DNA from: Squalus acanthias
Lineage: Eukaryota
Length of the DNA: 64,000 nt
Assembly: GCA_030390025.1 (NCBI GenBank)
Contig: CM059432.1
Coordinates: forward strand, 10,788,001 to 10,852,000
Reading direction: 5' to 3'
Below, piece by piece: positions 1 to 12,986 of the stretch. Every line of letters starts with the position of its first letter. The first letter of the stretch is position 1. The notes below the pieces were generated by a model. It was not told where the DNA came from, did no database searches, and saw only the letters and a list, made by a program, of their open reading frames with translations. Position numbers and translations under genes: made by a program.

Positions 1-635
1 ATGGTAACTAGCAGTAAAAATTTTGAATTTTTTTTTACAAGATTTTCTTTCCTCCCCTTTCACAGTACCAATCAGTACAACTGTACAATGTTCCACAAAT
101 TGTACAAGGAATGGTACTGCTGGATGACGAGTATCAATAAAACCAGGCATTTAAGTGTGGGAGCTGCACTGAATTTATCTAAAAATATTCTGGTAATTCG
201 ACATGATCTATGTTCACACGCAGTCTTTAAGTTTTTTTTTGTGGGCGGCGGGGTGGAGGAGGGGGGGGGGAGAGAGGAGGAGATGTACTTTCATGCATAA
301 TGGATAAAACAACTTGGCATTAGACAGAAAGTTGGTCTGATATTGTGAAGCTACAGCAGTGACAATGACCAACAGCCTACCCAATGTCAAAAGTTCCTCG
401 TTGGTCCTGGGTTTTTTTCTATAGGTCGATCAAACCAGTGGTTTGAAGAAAAACTTTGATTTGGAATATTAAAAGTTCTTTGCAATTGTCACTGTGCCGC
501 ATCCTTCTCCAGTCAGGAAGGGGACATTTACTCCCAAGATTGGAGCTTGCTGCACGGGGAAGCACGACCAGAAACGGTGCACTTCAGTCTACCTCGGTAC
601 CTGCCCCGATTCATATTTTTCATTTTTGTACTCTT

Positions 636-1096
636 TCATAGAATCATAGAAACTTACAGGAGGCCATTCGGCCTGTTGTGCCTGGGCTTAGTCCCACATC
701 CTCGCCTTTTGTCCGTAACCCTGTGAGCTCCTCATCCTCAAGTACCCGTCCAACTCCCTTTTAAAATCATTTCTGGAATCAGCTTCCACCACCTGTTCAG
801 ATCCAGACAACTGAGTGAAAAAAATTTCTTCTCATCTCCCATCTAGATATTTTGCCAATCATTTTGAATCTATGACCTCTGGTTATTGATTCACGTGCCA
901 GAGGGAATAATTTTTCCCTATTTACTCTTACAAAACATTTCATCGTCTTGAAAACCTCTATTAGGTCACCTCTTAACCTTCTCTGGTCCTAACTTTTCCA
1001 ACCTCTCCTCATAACTGAAGTCCCTCATCCTCCTCTGCACCCTTTGTAAGGCTTTCCTGAAGAGTGGTGCCCAGAATTGTCCACAATACTCCAGCT
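636..1096 (-). mobile_element. CR1 LINE 3' fragment, cut off by a SINE
   Basis: catagaatcatagaa tail and a degenerate RT C-terminus. Confidence 0.8.
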
Positions 1097-1511
1097 TTTT
1101 TTTTTATTCGTTCCTGGGAAGTGGGCGTCACTGGCAAGGCCAGCATTTATTGCCCATCCCTAATTGCCCTTGAGAAGATGGTGGTGGTGGTGAGCCACCT
1201 TCTTGAATACAACTGAGTGGCTTGCTGGGCCATTTCAGAGGGCGGTTAAGAGTCAGCTGTGGGTCTGGAGTCACATATAGGCCAGACCGGGTAGGGACGG
1301 CAGATTTCCTTCCCTAAAGGGCATTAGTGAACCAGATGGGTTTTTACGACAATCCGGTAGTTTCATGGTCACCATTACTGAGATACTAGCTTTATAAAGT
1401 TCCAGATTTATTTAATTAACTGAATTTAAATTCCACAACTGCTGTGGTGGGATTTGAACTCATGTCTCTGGATTACTCGTCCAGTAAACTAACCACTATG
1501 CTACCGTTCCC
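1097..1511 (-). mobile_element. tRNA-headed SINE with RTE-X-like LINE tail (copy 1)
   Basis: A box (tagcatagtgg) and B box (gagttcaaatcc) on -; the tail matches the LINE 3' end at ~8950-9050; four copies in the window. Confidence 0.85.
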
Positions 1512-2171
1512 GTAAGGTTTATGAAGTTCTGTGTTGTCTTCTGAGCACTCTTTTTTTATTTCTACAACTTCCCTCTTTAATCAAAACCCCCCATTATGAA
1601 TCTCGTTTGTGTATTATTCCAGTTGACTGGGCTGACCAATGAACGGTTCAGTAACTGTCGCTCATTAAGTAGTTACAAATAATAGTTTTCATCAATTGAA
1701 TTTCCCTTTTTAAAAAAAAAAAATAAGTCCTGCAGCATTTGGAGTCAGTGACGCACAGCACCAGAATGTGAGCTTGTGCCCAATGTTTAGCATCTGTTGT
1801 TTCACTGTAGGACAGGCACTCCACTGCACAAAAGGGGACCAGTTAAAGGGATAGCCATCTCCCGGTAACTCTTGCACAGTCCTGAGCACCCAAATAGGGC
1901 ATAGGCGACCATCCTCGTCATTTGATGTAGATTTCCCAGTAAGACACAGTTAGAAAGAGGAAGAGAATTACTTTTTTTAAAAAGATAATTGGAAATAAAT
2001 GAATTACGTTCAAAAATCGCATTTAAAAGTAGCTCCCCAGCCAGTATGTGTTCAGTGTAGTACTTGCACTGCGGTGATCAGCGCACTGCTGTATTTATTA
2101 AAAGTAAAATGGAGTTTTCTCTTTTGAAAAAGACACATTAGATGCTGAAAAAAACTTCTTTTTATTTTCAG

Positions 2172-2283
2172 AGGTATTAATGTGACTCCGTTTCTCGAGT
2201 TTATAGGAGCACCCAAAACTGTAATACATATTTTGAGTCATTCTCAGAGTGGAAATGCACTGACTGCTTATGCATTGTATAAG
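2172..2283 (+). CDS. FAM210A: FAM210A penultimate coding exon (DUF1279 region)
   Basis: ttttcag|A GGT ATT AAT...TAT AAG|gtgagt, 112 nt. Translates GINVTPFLEFIGAPKTVIHILSHSQSGNALTAYALYK, matching recalled FAM210A (SQSGNALTAYALFK). Its phase-0 end fits the next exon. Confidence 0.95.
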
Positions 2284-2354
2284 GTGAGTAATGTGTTAAA
2301 TTGAGCAGGGTTTTGCATTGCTAGTAACTTGTTGATATGCTGCACTGTATAGTA

Positions 2355-2870
2355 TTTACAGCACAGAAACGGGCCTTTCAGCCCAACAGGTCCATGCCGG
2401 TGTTTATGCTCCACACCAGCCTCCTCCCACCCTCCTTCATCTCACCCTATCACCATATCCTTCTATTCCTTTCTCCCTCATGTGCTTATCCAGCCTCCCC
2501 TTAAATGCATCTATACTATTTGCCGCAACCACTCCCTGTGGTAGCGAGTTCCACATTCTCACCACTCTCTGGGTAAAGAAATCTCTCCTGAATTCCCTAT
2601 TGGATTTATTAGTAACTATCTTATATTTATGGCCCTTAGTTGTGATCCCGCCCGCAAGAGGAAACATCTTCTCTACGTCTATCCTATCAAACCCTTTCAT
2701 AATAAATCTATCGGGTCACCCCTCAGTCATCTCTTTTCTAGAGAAAAGAGCCCCAGCCTGTTCAATCTTTCCTGATGGGTATAGCCTCTCAGTTATAGTA
2801 TTGTTCTAGTAAAGCTTTTTTGCACCTTCTCCAGTGTCTCTATATCCTTTTTATAATATGGAGACCAGAG
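2355..2870 (-). mobile_element. CR1 LINE 3' fragment
   Basis: ORF 2437-2700 encodes the CR1 ORF2 C-terminus (FFTQRVVRMWNSLP). Confidence 0.9.
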
Positions 2871-3529
2871 ATGCGTTTATAATTTTGTTTTTTAAATCAG
2901 GGTAGTGTTTGGGTTTTATTTTGTTACAACAACAATGACTTGCATTTATATAGCGCCTTTAATGTAGTAAAACAACCCAAGGCACTTCACAGGAGCAATT
3001 ATCAAACAGAATTTTGATCTGTTAAGTGGCTAGGCAGACAAATGGCGAATGAAATTTAATACTGATGAATGTAAAGTACTGTATTGTGGAAGAAGGTATA
3101 AGGAGATAATACAATTTACATCGGGAGACTTGGAGAGATAGCCGAGAGTGACAGTAACCTTGTCACTTTCAATGTCCAGACAATGTGGAGAAGCCTAACC
3201 AGATCACTGGCATGGGGGGGGGGGGGGGGCAGTAATGTATTTTTTGGCACCCATTGCACTGCTGTGCATCAGCTCCTTGCATTATGGGATGCTTGGGCCT
3301 GTTCATTGACCCCGTGTAAGGCATATTAAGAGCCCGCGTGCCTGTTGTGCACTAGCCTCATTAAGGTCCTGTTTAAAAAAAAATGTAAGTAATGCTACGC
3401 ACCATTAAGTGTTCACAGCACAGCATTTATATCAAGTCATGTCACTCCCCTCAATTTGGGTCTTGCAATGTTTTGCTGTTGATCTGTTTGCCCTGTTACT
3501 GATTCACTGCCTCCCGTGCTACATTGTTG

Positions 3530-4660
3530 TAGTGGAAGACAGTTACTGGAAGCTCGCCGAGAGCTTTTTAGAGCCTCACCAGATCTGTTCCTGTTTTTTC
3601 CCAGGGTACAATAAGAGGGGTTTTGGGCATCTCTCTCTGGGCATTCCTCACTTGCAGGTTGAAGAGGAGATTGCATTTGCATCTCGATAGAGCAGTGAGC
3701 CACCCATCCTTGTGCTCTTGCAGCCACACCTGAGAAACAACGTTTTTTTTTAATTGCCCTTTGATACAATTGAGTGGCTTGCTAGACCATTTCAGAGAGG
3801 CGGTTAAGAGTCAACCACATTGCTGTGGGTCTGGAGTCACATATAGGCCAGACCGGATAAGGACGGCAGATTCCCTTCCCTAAAGGGGCAAACCAAATGG
3901 GTTTTTATGACAATCCGGTAGTTTCATGGTCACTAGCTTTTTATTCCGGATTTATTTAATTAACTGAATTTAAATTCCTCAGCTGCCGTGGTAGGATTTG
4001 AACTCCTGTCTCTGGATCATTAGTCCAGTAACGTAACCACTATGCTACCGTACCCATTAATACCAGGAACTGTTCTCAGGGTGACCACGGCCTTGATTTT
4101 TTTTAAGCCACTGGGTCTTTCCAAGCAACAGGAGGAGATAGTTGTCAAATCTCCCAACTTGGAGCACAACTTGCATTATGTAGGGGAGGGAAGCCTCGTT
4201 TTGCTGGCTCCCACAATTCATCAACTAACCCATGGAAAACAGGCAGCGACATCATCTGGCTGGATTTCCCAAAGTGCTACCCCTTTTAATGAACAGAATG
4301 TGGTTTCACTCCAATCCAGTGTAGCTACCTGTGGCCGTGGGAACTGAGCTGTGCATGTGCTACTCTGGAGATACCATGATCCATTTCATGGCAATCCATG
4401 GCATCATTATTCACGGGCCATGGCGGGTGGACCAAGGCATCCACTGCCTGGGGGAAAAACCCCATAGACAAGAAATGAAAAGCTGCATAATGAGGCATAC
4501 TGTGCTACCAGAATCTTGATGGAGCATGCCATCGGCATCCTAAAGCAATCACTTAGGATACCGATACCAATCGGGGAGTGCTGCAGTGCAACCTGGCAAA
4601 GGTGTCTCAAATTATTGCAGCCTGCTGTGTTTTACACATTTGCCTGAAAAAAAGAGTCCT
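3530..4660 (+). mobile_element. Degenerate PIF/Harbinger transposase relic, interrupted by a SINE
   Basis: Frameshifted pieces VTTALIFF/ATGSFQATGGDSCQISQ and HNEAYCATRILMEHAIGILKQ...KVSQIIAACCVLH resemble HARBI1/DDE_Tnp_4. Confidence 0.75.
3743..4055 (-). mobile_element. tRNA-headed SINE (copy 2)
   Basis: Near-identical to 1097-1511, with a truncated tail. Confidence 0.85.
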
Positions 4661-4940
4661 TGCTGTAGAGCATACAGCACAAGACTTTTCAAGGAAGTTA
4701 CAGTTTTGTGAAATTAATATTTGACACCCTTCCCCCCGCCCCCCCTTCATGGATATCTGACGATACAGTCTACACTTATCAACTCCTATTTTTGGTCAGG
4801 GTTTGTGTGTGTGTTTTATTATCTCTGGCTAACAGTGACTTTCAGCCCTGCATCTTTACAGGATCTGACTTTACAAATCTTTAGAACTTCTACTGTATAT
4901 TAATTTTTGATATTTTTTTTTAAACTTTTCTATCCTATAG

Positions 4941-5174
4941 CTTGCCACACCAGCCAGGTACACTGTCACTTTGGGAGGAACGTCCTTTGCCGTTAAGTAT
5001 CTCCGCTCTCGTGGCTACTTGTCGACACCACCTCCAATGAGGGGTTACATACAGGATAGAATGGAGGAAACCAGAGAGCGATTTTCAGAAAAAATGGAAG
5101 AAACAAAAGAACTGCTTACTGAGAAAATACAAGAAACCAAAGACATGGTCTCCTTTAGGAAGAAAAAAGAATAA
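4941..5174 (+). CDS. FAM210A: FAM210A last coding exon (C-terminal coiled coil)
   Basis: cctatag|CTT GCC ACA; translates LATPARYTVTLGGTSFAVKYLRSRGYLSTPPPMRGYIQDRMEETRERFSEKMEETKELLTEKIQETKDMVSFRKKKE*, closely like the recalled human FAM210A C-terminus. Confidence 0.96.
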   Translation, partial: LATPARYTVTLGGTSFAVKYLRSRGYLSTPPPMRGYIQDRMEETRERFSEKMEETKELLTEKIQETKDMVSFRKKKE

Positions 5175-6585
5175 ATCTGCGGACGACAAGCTTAAAAAAA
5201 ATAAAATTCCAGCCATTTTAAATTTGAAAAATCTACCACCTCTTCTGGTTTTCGAAGTGGTGATGATGTACACTTTGTGAAGTAACACTGTAAACTTTTG
5301 CTATCTAGGAATTGCCAATGGTTTGTTTGCGGTACAAAGTACTGTTGAAACTGTTTCCGAACAACTAGATAATTTTGGGGTGTAACACTTTAATAACATG
5401 GGGTGAGGGGGGTTGAAAGGTAACAAAAAAATGGGAGTTGCCTCTCGACAGATTTCCTATATCCAGCGGTGTAAGGAGAAAAGGAAATACTGCAGATTAT
5501 TCTTGTACTATAGCCACTAAATAGTCTGATTTAACTTTAGAATATTTCAAAGTAGTTCAAGACGCTGGTTGTGTACTGTAACACCTTTTAAAACAATTTC
5601 AGTCACTGAATGTCTGGACTGTCTGCTGAAGAAATTCTATTGTGTGTAATGTGACGACTTCAAAAAAAATAAAATCCAATCACTTCTAATATGAATCGCA
5701 TAAAAATAAGTGGTCACATTTCAGTGATTTTCAGCATGGCTATCGGTGTGAATTACTAAATGCTGGCTATTTCTGAGCTGCAGCCTGAAGCTGACCAGCA
5801 CACTCCACTCTGCAAAGTTCCCTGAACAGCAATTGAACTCTGACTGACCTGCATCAATGTTTACTTAAAGAAGGGACACTACCCGCCTTAACAGAATAAT
5901 ATATTGTGCATTACATGGTATAACACTCCTGTCGTAACTGTATTTCAAGGGTACAATTTCTTGCTGAGCAGGGAGGGAAGGATGAACTAATGAGGTGCTG
6001 TACCTGATCTGATTATTAATTGCCACGGCGCTCAAATTCTATTTTTTTTTTTAAATCTTGACAATTGGGGATTTTATCTTCACAATATTATGTTCATGTT
6101 GTATAATGGAAATATTTTGTACAAATGATACTTGAACTGAATTTTGACCGTACCAAAGTCAGTCTCGAAGTTTGGTCCAAGATGACGTTTGGTAGTTGAG
6201 TTGTTGAGGATTACGGTCTCTTGTTCATAACCATGTATTTGAAGAACAAAATAATCCGCCTACTTTGAAATTCAACCTTTTGGCTCTTGATGAGATCCAG
6301 CTGTCCCAAGCTGGCCTATAAATTCCTCTTCAAGGAGAGGGAGGCCCTGTAGAGCTGTATCAATGATTAACGCAGAATCAGACCTACATCTGCCTACTTA
6401 AAAACTCCCAAATTTTGAGATTGTATATCCACTTCTGTACATAATCCGTTCAAATTATATCTTATATATCAGATGGAACTTGCCAACATCCATTTCCTTA
6501 ATGTCATAATGAGACTCGAGTTGAACTGCAGTGGTTCATTAAGATAATTTAATCTTTATAGTTGCTTCAATATGGTTTATTCATT

Positions 6586-6591
6586 AATAAA
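6586..6591 (+). terminator. Candidate FAM210A polyadenylation signal
   Basis: AATAAA followed about 25 nt later by a T-rich tract (tttgctctttgttttt), at the end of the repeat-free AT-rich stretch after the stop codon. Another AATAAA lies at 5668. Confidence 0.55.
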
Positions 6592-6679
6592 CAAATTAGA
6601 AAATTCATCAATTATTTGCTCTTTGTTTTTACTCCGCTATCTTGGGTAATTTTTTTTTAAGGTTTTCTTGCTCCCTCAC

Positions 6680-6960
6680 GGTGCAGAAAGTATATGCAGT
6701 GAGAAACTGAGATACAGTCCAGGCAGGTGTGAGATTTGATCTCTGAGTTGGGTGAACTCAGCCAGGGAAGCAGCTGGCTATACAATTAGCCTCAGCTCTT
6801 CTGGATTCGGGAGGTAAGTTTGTTCAGGATTCTGGCTACTGCCTTTCTCTAGTGACTTCCAGTGAGTGTTGATATTAGGAGAGGATAAGATCAGGCTTGG
6901 GTGTGATGCCCTCCACCTCCTGTGAACAAGTAGCCAGCTGAGACTCGCTGACTTAGGATT
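6680..6960 (+). mobile_element. LF-SINE-like relic
   Basis: ctcagccaggg...tacaattagcctcagc...gaggataagatcaggcttgggtgtgatgccctccac resembles the recalled LF-SINE consensus. Confidence 0.6.
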
Positions 6961-7291
6961 GCGCAGAAATAATCGGCAGCAAAAGGCAAGGCTGAAGCGT
7001 TTGCAGCCAGAAGGGCCGAGTGGATGATCCTTCTTGGCTCCCCCCCCCCCCCTGAGGTTCCCACCATCACAGATGCCGGTCTTCAGCCAATTCAATTCAC
7101 TGCCGTGATGCTAAGATACGGCTGAGCGCACTAGACACAACAGAGGCAACACCGACAACAACCTGGCTGTAGTGCTGAAGACCTGTGCTCCAGAACTAGC
7201 TGCGCCTCTAGCCAAGCTGTTCCAGTACAAGTACAACACTAGCATCCACACGACAGTGGAAAATTGCCCAGGTATGTTCTGTCCACAAAAT

Positions 7292-7630
7292 CAACAACTT
7301 GTATTTATACAGCACCTTTTAATGTAGTAAAACGTCCCAAGGCACTTCACAGAAGTATTTTAAGACACAAAATTTGAGGTCGAGCCACATAAGGAGAAGT
7401 TAGGGCGGATGACCAAAAGCTTGGTCAAAGAGGTAGGTTTTAAGGAGCATCTTAAAGGAGGAAAGGGAGGTGGAGAGGTTTAGGCAGGGAATTCCAGAGC
7501 TCAGGGCCTAGGCAACAGAAGGCACGGCCACCAATGGTTGAGCGATTATAATCAGAAGTGCTCAAGAGGGCAGAATTAGAGGAGCACAGATATCTCTTGG
7601 GGGGGGGGGGGGGGGGGGTTTGTGGGGCTA
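7292..7630 (-). mobile_element. L2 LINE 3' fragment
   Basis: Same sequence as 28714-29210; GGRAFCCLGPELWNSLP. Confidence 0.85.
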
Positions 7631-7723
7631 AAGTCAATGGAGATTGAGGGAAAACTCCAGTGGCTGGAGTCATACCTGGCACAAAGGATGTATGTTGGAG
7701 GTCAATCAATTCAGCTCCAGGAC

Positions 7724-8077
7724 ATAAATAAACATTAAAAAAATAGGAGCTAGAGTAGGCCATTTGGCCCTTCGAGCCTGCCCCGCCATTCAACAAAATC
7801 ATGGCTGATCTTCTACCTCAACTCAACCATCCTGCACTATCCCCAAAGCCCCCAATTCCCTTAGTTTCCAAAAATTTATCGACCTCTGACTTGAATATAC
7901 TCAACAACTGAGCATCCAAAGCTCTCTGGGGTAGAGAATTCCAAAGATTCACAACCCTTTGAGTGAAGAAATTTCTCCTCATCTCAGTCCTAAATGGCCG
8001 ACCCCTTAGTCGGAGACTGTGATACGGTGTTCTAGATTCCCCAGCATTTTCTCAGCATTAACCCTGTCAAGCCCCTT
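7724..8077 (-). mobile_element. CR1 3' fragment
   Basis: CR1 3' UTR (aataggagc...ggccatttggcccttcgagcctg) and RT C-terminus. Confidence 0.85.
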
Positions 8078-9599
8078 ACTGCAAGAGTTCCTCAAGGCAG
8101 TGTCCTAGGCCCAACTATCTTCAGCTGCTCCATCAATGATCTTCCCTCCATCATAAGGTCAGAAGTGGGGCAGTTAGTTGATGATTGCATAATGTTCAGC
8201 TTCACTTGTATTTCCCCAGATAATGAAGCAGTCCATTATCACATGCAGCAAGATCTGGACAACAGCTAGGCTTGGCCTGGCAAGTAACATTCGCACCACC
8301 TAAATGCCAATGACCATCTCCAACAAGAGAGAGTCCAACCACCTCCCCTTGACAATCAATGGCATTGCCATCACCAAATCCTCCACTATGAATATCGAGG
8401 GGGTCACAATTGACCAAAATCTCAATAGGACAAGCCACATAAATGCCATGGCTACTAGATTACGTCAGAGGCTGGATATTCTGCGACAAATGGCTCGCCT
8501 CCTGACTCAACAAAGCCTCTCCACCACCTGCAAGGCACATGTCAGGTGTGTGATGGAATACTTTCCACTTGCCTGGTGGGGTTCAGCTGCAACAACACTT
8601 AAGAAGCTCGACGCCATCCAGGACAAAGCAGTCCACTTAATTCAGAAGCTCATCCATTGCCATAAACATCCGCTCCCAACACCACAGATGTACCGTGGCT
8701 GCAGTGTGTACCATCTACAAGATGCAGCAACTCGCCAAGGCTGCTTCAACAGCACCTTCCAAACCCGCGACCTCTACCACCTGGAAGGACAAGGGTAGCA
8801 GACGCATGGGAGCACCACCACCTCCAAGTCACACACCATCCTGACTTGGCCATATATCATCATTCCTTCATCGTCGCTGGGTCAAAATCCTGGAACTCCC
8901 TACCTAACAGCACTGTGGGGGTACCTTCACCCACACGGACTGCAGCGGTTCAAGGCGGCGGTTCACCACCACCACCTACTCAAGGGCAATTGGGGATGGG
9001 CAATAAATGCTGCTCTTGCCAGCGACACCCACATCCCGAGAATGAATATAGAAAATATATTTTTAGCTATCTAAATTTCCACAAGATGGCACTAGAATCT
9101 CAATTCTCTCAAAAAGGGTTACTGTAATACTATATGCTCCACCATTTCACAAGTACTTCAGTCCAGTGCAGGGAGTCCTGATAGTAAACAATGCCATTTG
9201 AAGATTATTACTTGACTAGTTTTATGTCTTAATTTGTAATGGTTTGGAAGGAATGCTCCTTGTTTTTGAATGAACACCTACAAATCCACAAGTGATGGCA
9301 ACTAACTAAATCATTTAACGAATAGATCTACTTTCAATTAAATATATGTACCTCCAGTTAGCTGCCTACCTCTTAAACTCCTCCACCTTACTATCTCACC
9401 CTCTGCCTTCAAAAGCCTCCTCAAAAATCTCTCACCATGCTTTTGTGTCTTCCATGCATTCTACTTTCGGTTTGGTGATCTCTAGTCTGTTTAAAGCACT
9501 ATGAGGCATTTAGTTATGACAGATGGTAATTGGAACATTTAGTCAGATGGTTATGGCCCTGGGAGTTCTCAATATAGACTCTGGAGCCCATGAGGTCTC

Positions 9600-10060
9600 A
9601 CGTCTTTATGTCAAACAAGGCCAAGGAAACCTGGTGATTACTCCCTTCTGCCTCCCACCGCCCAAACTAACAATGTTGCTCCATGTTGGAACATCAAAGA
9701 AGACCTACCCACCAATAACTTACTTGCCAAAACTCAGTTTACATTCCACCAAAACCACTCGGGTCCAGCCTTAATCCAGACATGGATACAAGAGTTGAAT
9801 GTCAGAGGAGAGGGGAGAGTAGCTGCTCTTAACATCCAGGCTGCATTTAACCAAGTATGGCACCAAGGAGCCCTAGCAAAACAGAGATCAATGGGAAAAT
9901 CCTCCAGTAGCTGGACTCACACCCGACACTAATGAAGATGGTTGTGGTTGTCAGAGGTCAATCATCACAACCCCAGGATATCGCTGTAAGAGATCCCAGG
10001 ACAGTATCCTTGGCCCAATTATCTTCAGCTGATTGATCAATGGCCTTCATTCTGTCATTA
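9600..10060 (+). mobile_element. RTE-X-like RT fragment
   Basis: Degenerate RT motifs homologous to 7630-8160. Confidence 0.65.
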
Positions 10061-10303
10061 AATAATTAAAGGGCTGGATAGCATCCCTATTGATAGATTA
10101 TTCCAGTTTAATAGATTGGGGAGGGCCAGGGGACACGAGTTTAAACTATGTAAGAGTAGGAATAGACGGGATGTTATGCAGTTCTCTTTTCCCAGAGTAG
10201 TGAGCCTCTGGAATACATTGCCTGCTAGTGTGGTGGGTGCTAACTCTCTATATGCCTTCAGGAGGGAGCTGTACCAGTTCTCAACTAGGGAAGAGATTGC
10301 ATC

Positions 10304-11465
10304 CGTTAGAAATCAGGGGTGTCCAAAATGTATATGGTTATGCGAACAAAATTGTGACCTGAATAACGCTGTGTTTATATGATGGTTTTAGAACTGCAGC
10401 CAAAAAGTCTCTTCAGACTGGTATTAGAATAATTAGATAGATGCTTAGAATCTGCTTATTTTTGGTTCTCTACGGATGTTATAACATTTTGCACTGTGAC
10501 GGTCACATATGACCTTGTTTCTCGGCTAGCTGTCTGCTGTTTGTGTGCTAGGAAGGTTGTTTTATGTATCTTTAATTTAACCAACCAAGGCCCAACTTCT
10601 TCTTCTTCCATTATTGCTAATAATATACTATAATACTAAATTAGGATTTTGACTTCGTTTAACAAAACTGCTTTAAAATGCGTAAGTTAACCAGCGTACG
10701 AGAATAGAATAGAAGATATCTTTGAGAATTTAATGATTCATTCCATGGTACAATAGTCTGATAATGCAATAGTTAGTTTTGCATTGCTAAAGCTGTATGA
10801 ACAGCATGAACATAAATAACTGATAACAAGCAGTTACGGACATCTGATGGCCAAGAACGGCTTGTCTGACTCCAAACTGGGGAGGATAGGGACAAGGGAG
10901 ATGAGAGAAATTCCGATGGGTAGGCCTTCAAAACGTATAAACAAAGCATGTGTAATGATTGTGAAGACCACCCTCCTGGTGGAAGGATCTTCATCTCAAA
11001 GTCGAGACAAAGAACTCAATGCTCCACTGGGTACTGAGGTTTATGGGGAGCCTCTATAGGTTAAATGGTCTTGTCAATAATTTGGCCTCAGGCCCACCCC
11101 TAAAAAGAGAATAAAAGTAACACCCTGAGGGCTTGCCCACACAGACGGTGGAGGGAAGAGCCAAGCAGAAGTAGGGCTGGTCGAATGCTCTTTCGAGAGT
11201 GATCCCATGCTCACCAACTCGGAGGTTCTAGACGAGAGGAAGAGAGGCCGCAAGCCAGAGAACTATTCACGCACGGCAGCCGTCTGTCTGTCCGATCGGG
11301 ACCGGTACCAGCTGCTTCTCACAGTCGTATGTTTTTGTTGTACAGTGTAACTAGCATGTTATCTTCCGTCTTAAACTCTGATTAAACACAATATACCCAC
11401 CATATTGGTCGATCCTGATTATTTGAAAGACTAGAGAAAAGTTACTAATTGGCCTAATCACAACA
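10304..11465 (+). mobile_element. Solo LTR (~1.16 kb) inserted in a CR1-like 3' fragment
   Basis: Starts (C)GTTAG and ends CAACA, flanked by CATC at 10300-10303 and 11466-11469. Removing it restores the host reading ...EIASYRR*. ATTAAA at 11381 suggests the + orientation. Confidence 0.75.
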
Positions 11466-11628
11466 CATCCTATAGAAGGTAAGCGTCTTTATAGATAACA
11501 CTTGGTCCATGTGTTCTCCTGGACTGGTTTAGATAACATGAGGGGGGTCAGAGAGAAATATTCCAGAGTATTTTTTTCCTCATTGGACTTGTTTTTTTTT
11601 GCCTCTCCCAGGAGATTACATGGCTGCG

Positions 11629-11660
<32 letters not shown>

Positions 11661-11739
11661 AGAAGTTTTTAGTCATGCTGCTCAGGCCATCATGGTGTGG
11701 AGCAGGCTTGATGGCCCAGCCCGTCAATTTCGTATGTTC

Positions 11740-12550
11740 GTATATGATCAGGAGTGGAGCTGTTTGCTGATTATTCTACAGTGTTCGACTCCATTTACAA
11801 CTCCTCCAATAATGGAGCAGCCTATGCTAACGTACAGCAGGAGCTGGACAAAATCCAGGCTTGGGCTGACAAGTGGCAGGTAATAAGTGGCAGATAGCGA
11901 CCATCTCAAACAAGATAAAGCACAGCCACTTCACCCTGACCGTCTCCATCACCAATCAATGTGTTGGGGGGTTGGGAATCTCCACTGACCAGAAGCTTAA
12001 TCAAAATAACTATCAATACTGTAGCTACAAAAGCAGGGCAGATGCTGGGTACTCGGCAATAGGTGGCTCACCTCCTGACTCCTCAAAGCCTCTCCACCAT
12101 CTACTCAGCTCAAATCAGGAATGTGATGGAAAACTCACTACTTGCCTGGATGGCAACAACATAAGAAGCTATACATCTGGACAGAGCAGTCTGCTTGATT
12201 GGCGTCGGTTACTGGACCCGATATCCACCCTCTCCACTACCAGCGTAGTGTGGCTGGTATTACCTATAGGATGCACTGCAACAACTCGTCCAGGTTACTT
12301 CGACAGCAGCTCCTAGTCTGATGACCTACAACACTGAGGACAAGAGCAGCAGGATCATGGGAACATTATCGCATCCAAATCACATACCATCCCTACTTGG
12401 GACACATATCTCCATTCCTTCATAGTCAGTGGATGAATATCCTGGATTTCCCAAGCTAACAACACCAGAAGGAGTGCAGCAGTTCAAGAAGGCCATCACC
12501 ATGAATAATAAGTGTAGTCTTGCCAACATCACCCACATCCCAAGAACAAA
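11740..12550 (+). mobile_element. Degenerate RTE-X-like LINE 3' portion
   Basis: Collinear homology with 8150-9050. Confidence 0.75.
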
Positions 12551-12857
12551 AATATATATATATATATAAAAAATTAGTTTAATAGAGGGGAGAAATAGAA
12601 AAGGAAATAAGAAAATTAACATCACAGGCATAGAAATGAAAACTAGCCATTTCAGTATGAACTGAAATGTGTTGTGCATTAAAATGTAGTATTAACTACA
12701 TTAAAAGGGTCACTTGAAATTTAAATCTTGCCAGTGATGTACAATGCTAGTTTCCTTTATAAAACACAGCAACAATTTGTTTTCAATTCAGAACATTTAA
12801 TGCAGATCAAAGGTATAAAAATACAACACAATGAAATGACTAAAGTACAAAGCCTTT

Positions 12858-12863
12858 TTTATT
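12858..12863 (-). terminator. Candidate polyadenylation signal of the distal PTPN2 terminal exon
   Basis: tttatt on + reads AATAAA on -, about 260 nt downstream of the candidate stop. Confidence 0.55.
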
Positions 12864-12986
12864 ATTAATTTTTTTTGTTGCAACGCAGACTATAAGCATT
12901 ATAAAACATGTGACAATACATGAAATCCACTCCCTCCGCAGAAGTCCCGTGGGGCCAGGTGTGTGTTTTGTCTCCTGCATCTAGTA

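Larger units (their letters stand above)
7075..9055 (+). mobile_element. Degenerate non-LTR retrotransposon (RTE-X-like RT) with nested L2 and CR1 fragments
   Basis: RT pieces VVLKTCAPELAAPLAKLFQY (~7170) and [14 protein letters not shown] (~8090), plus ORF 8304-8798; interrupted at ~7292-7630 and ~7724-8077. Clade assignment tentative. Confidence 0.8.

Noticed and set aside
1..641. ORFs 1-300 and 456-641
   Set aside because: No recognisable protein or splice context; intronic sequence of FAM210A.
11632..11660. Long poly-G/C tracts (also ~3214, 7599, 26511, 48535, 51951) as G-quadruplex elements
   Set aside because: Several sit inside repeats where sister copies have short runs, consistent with slippage or homopolymer length error.
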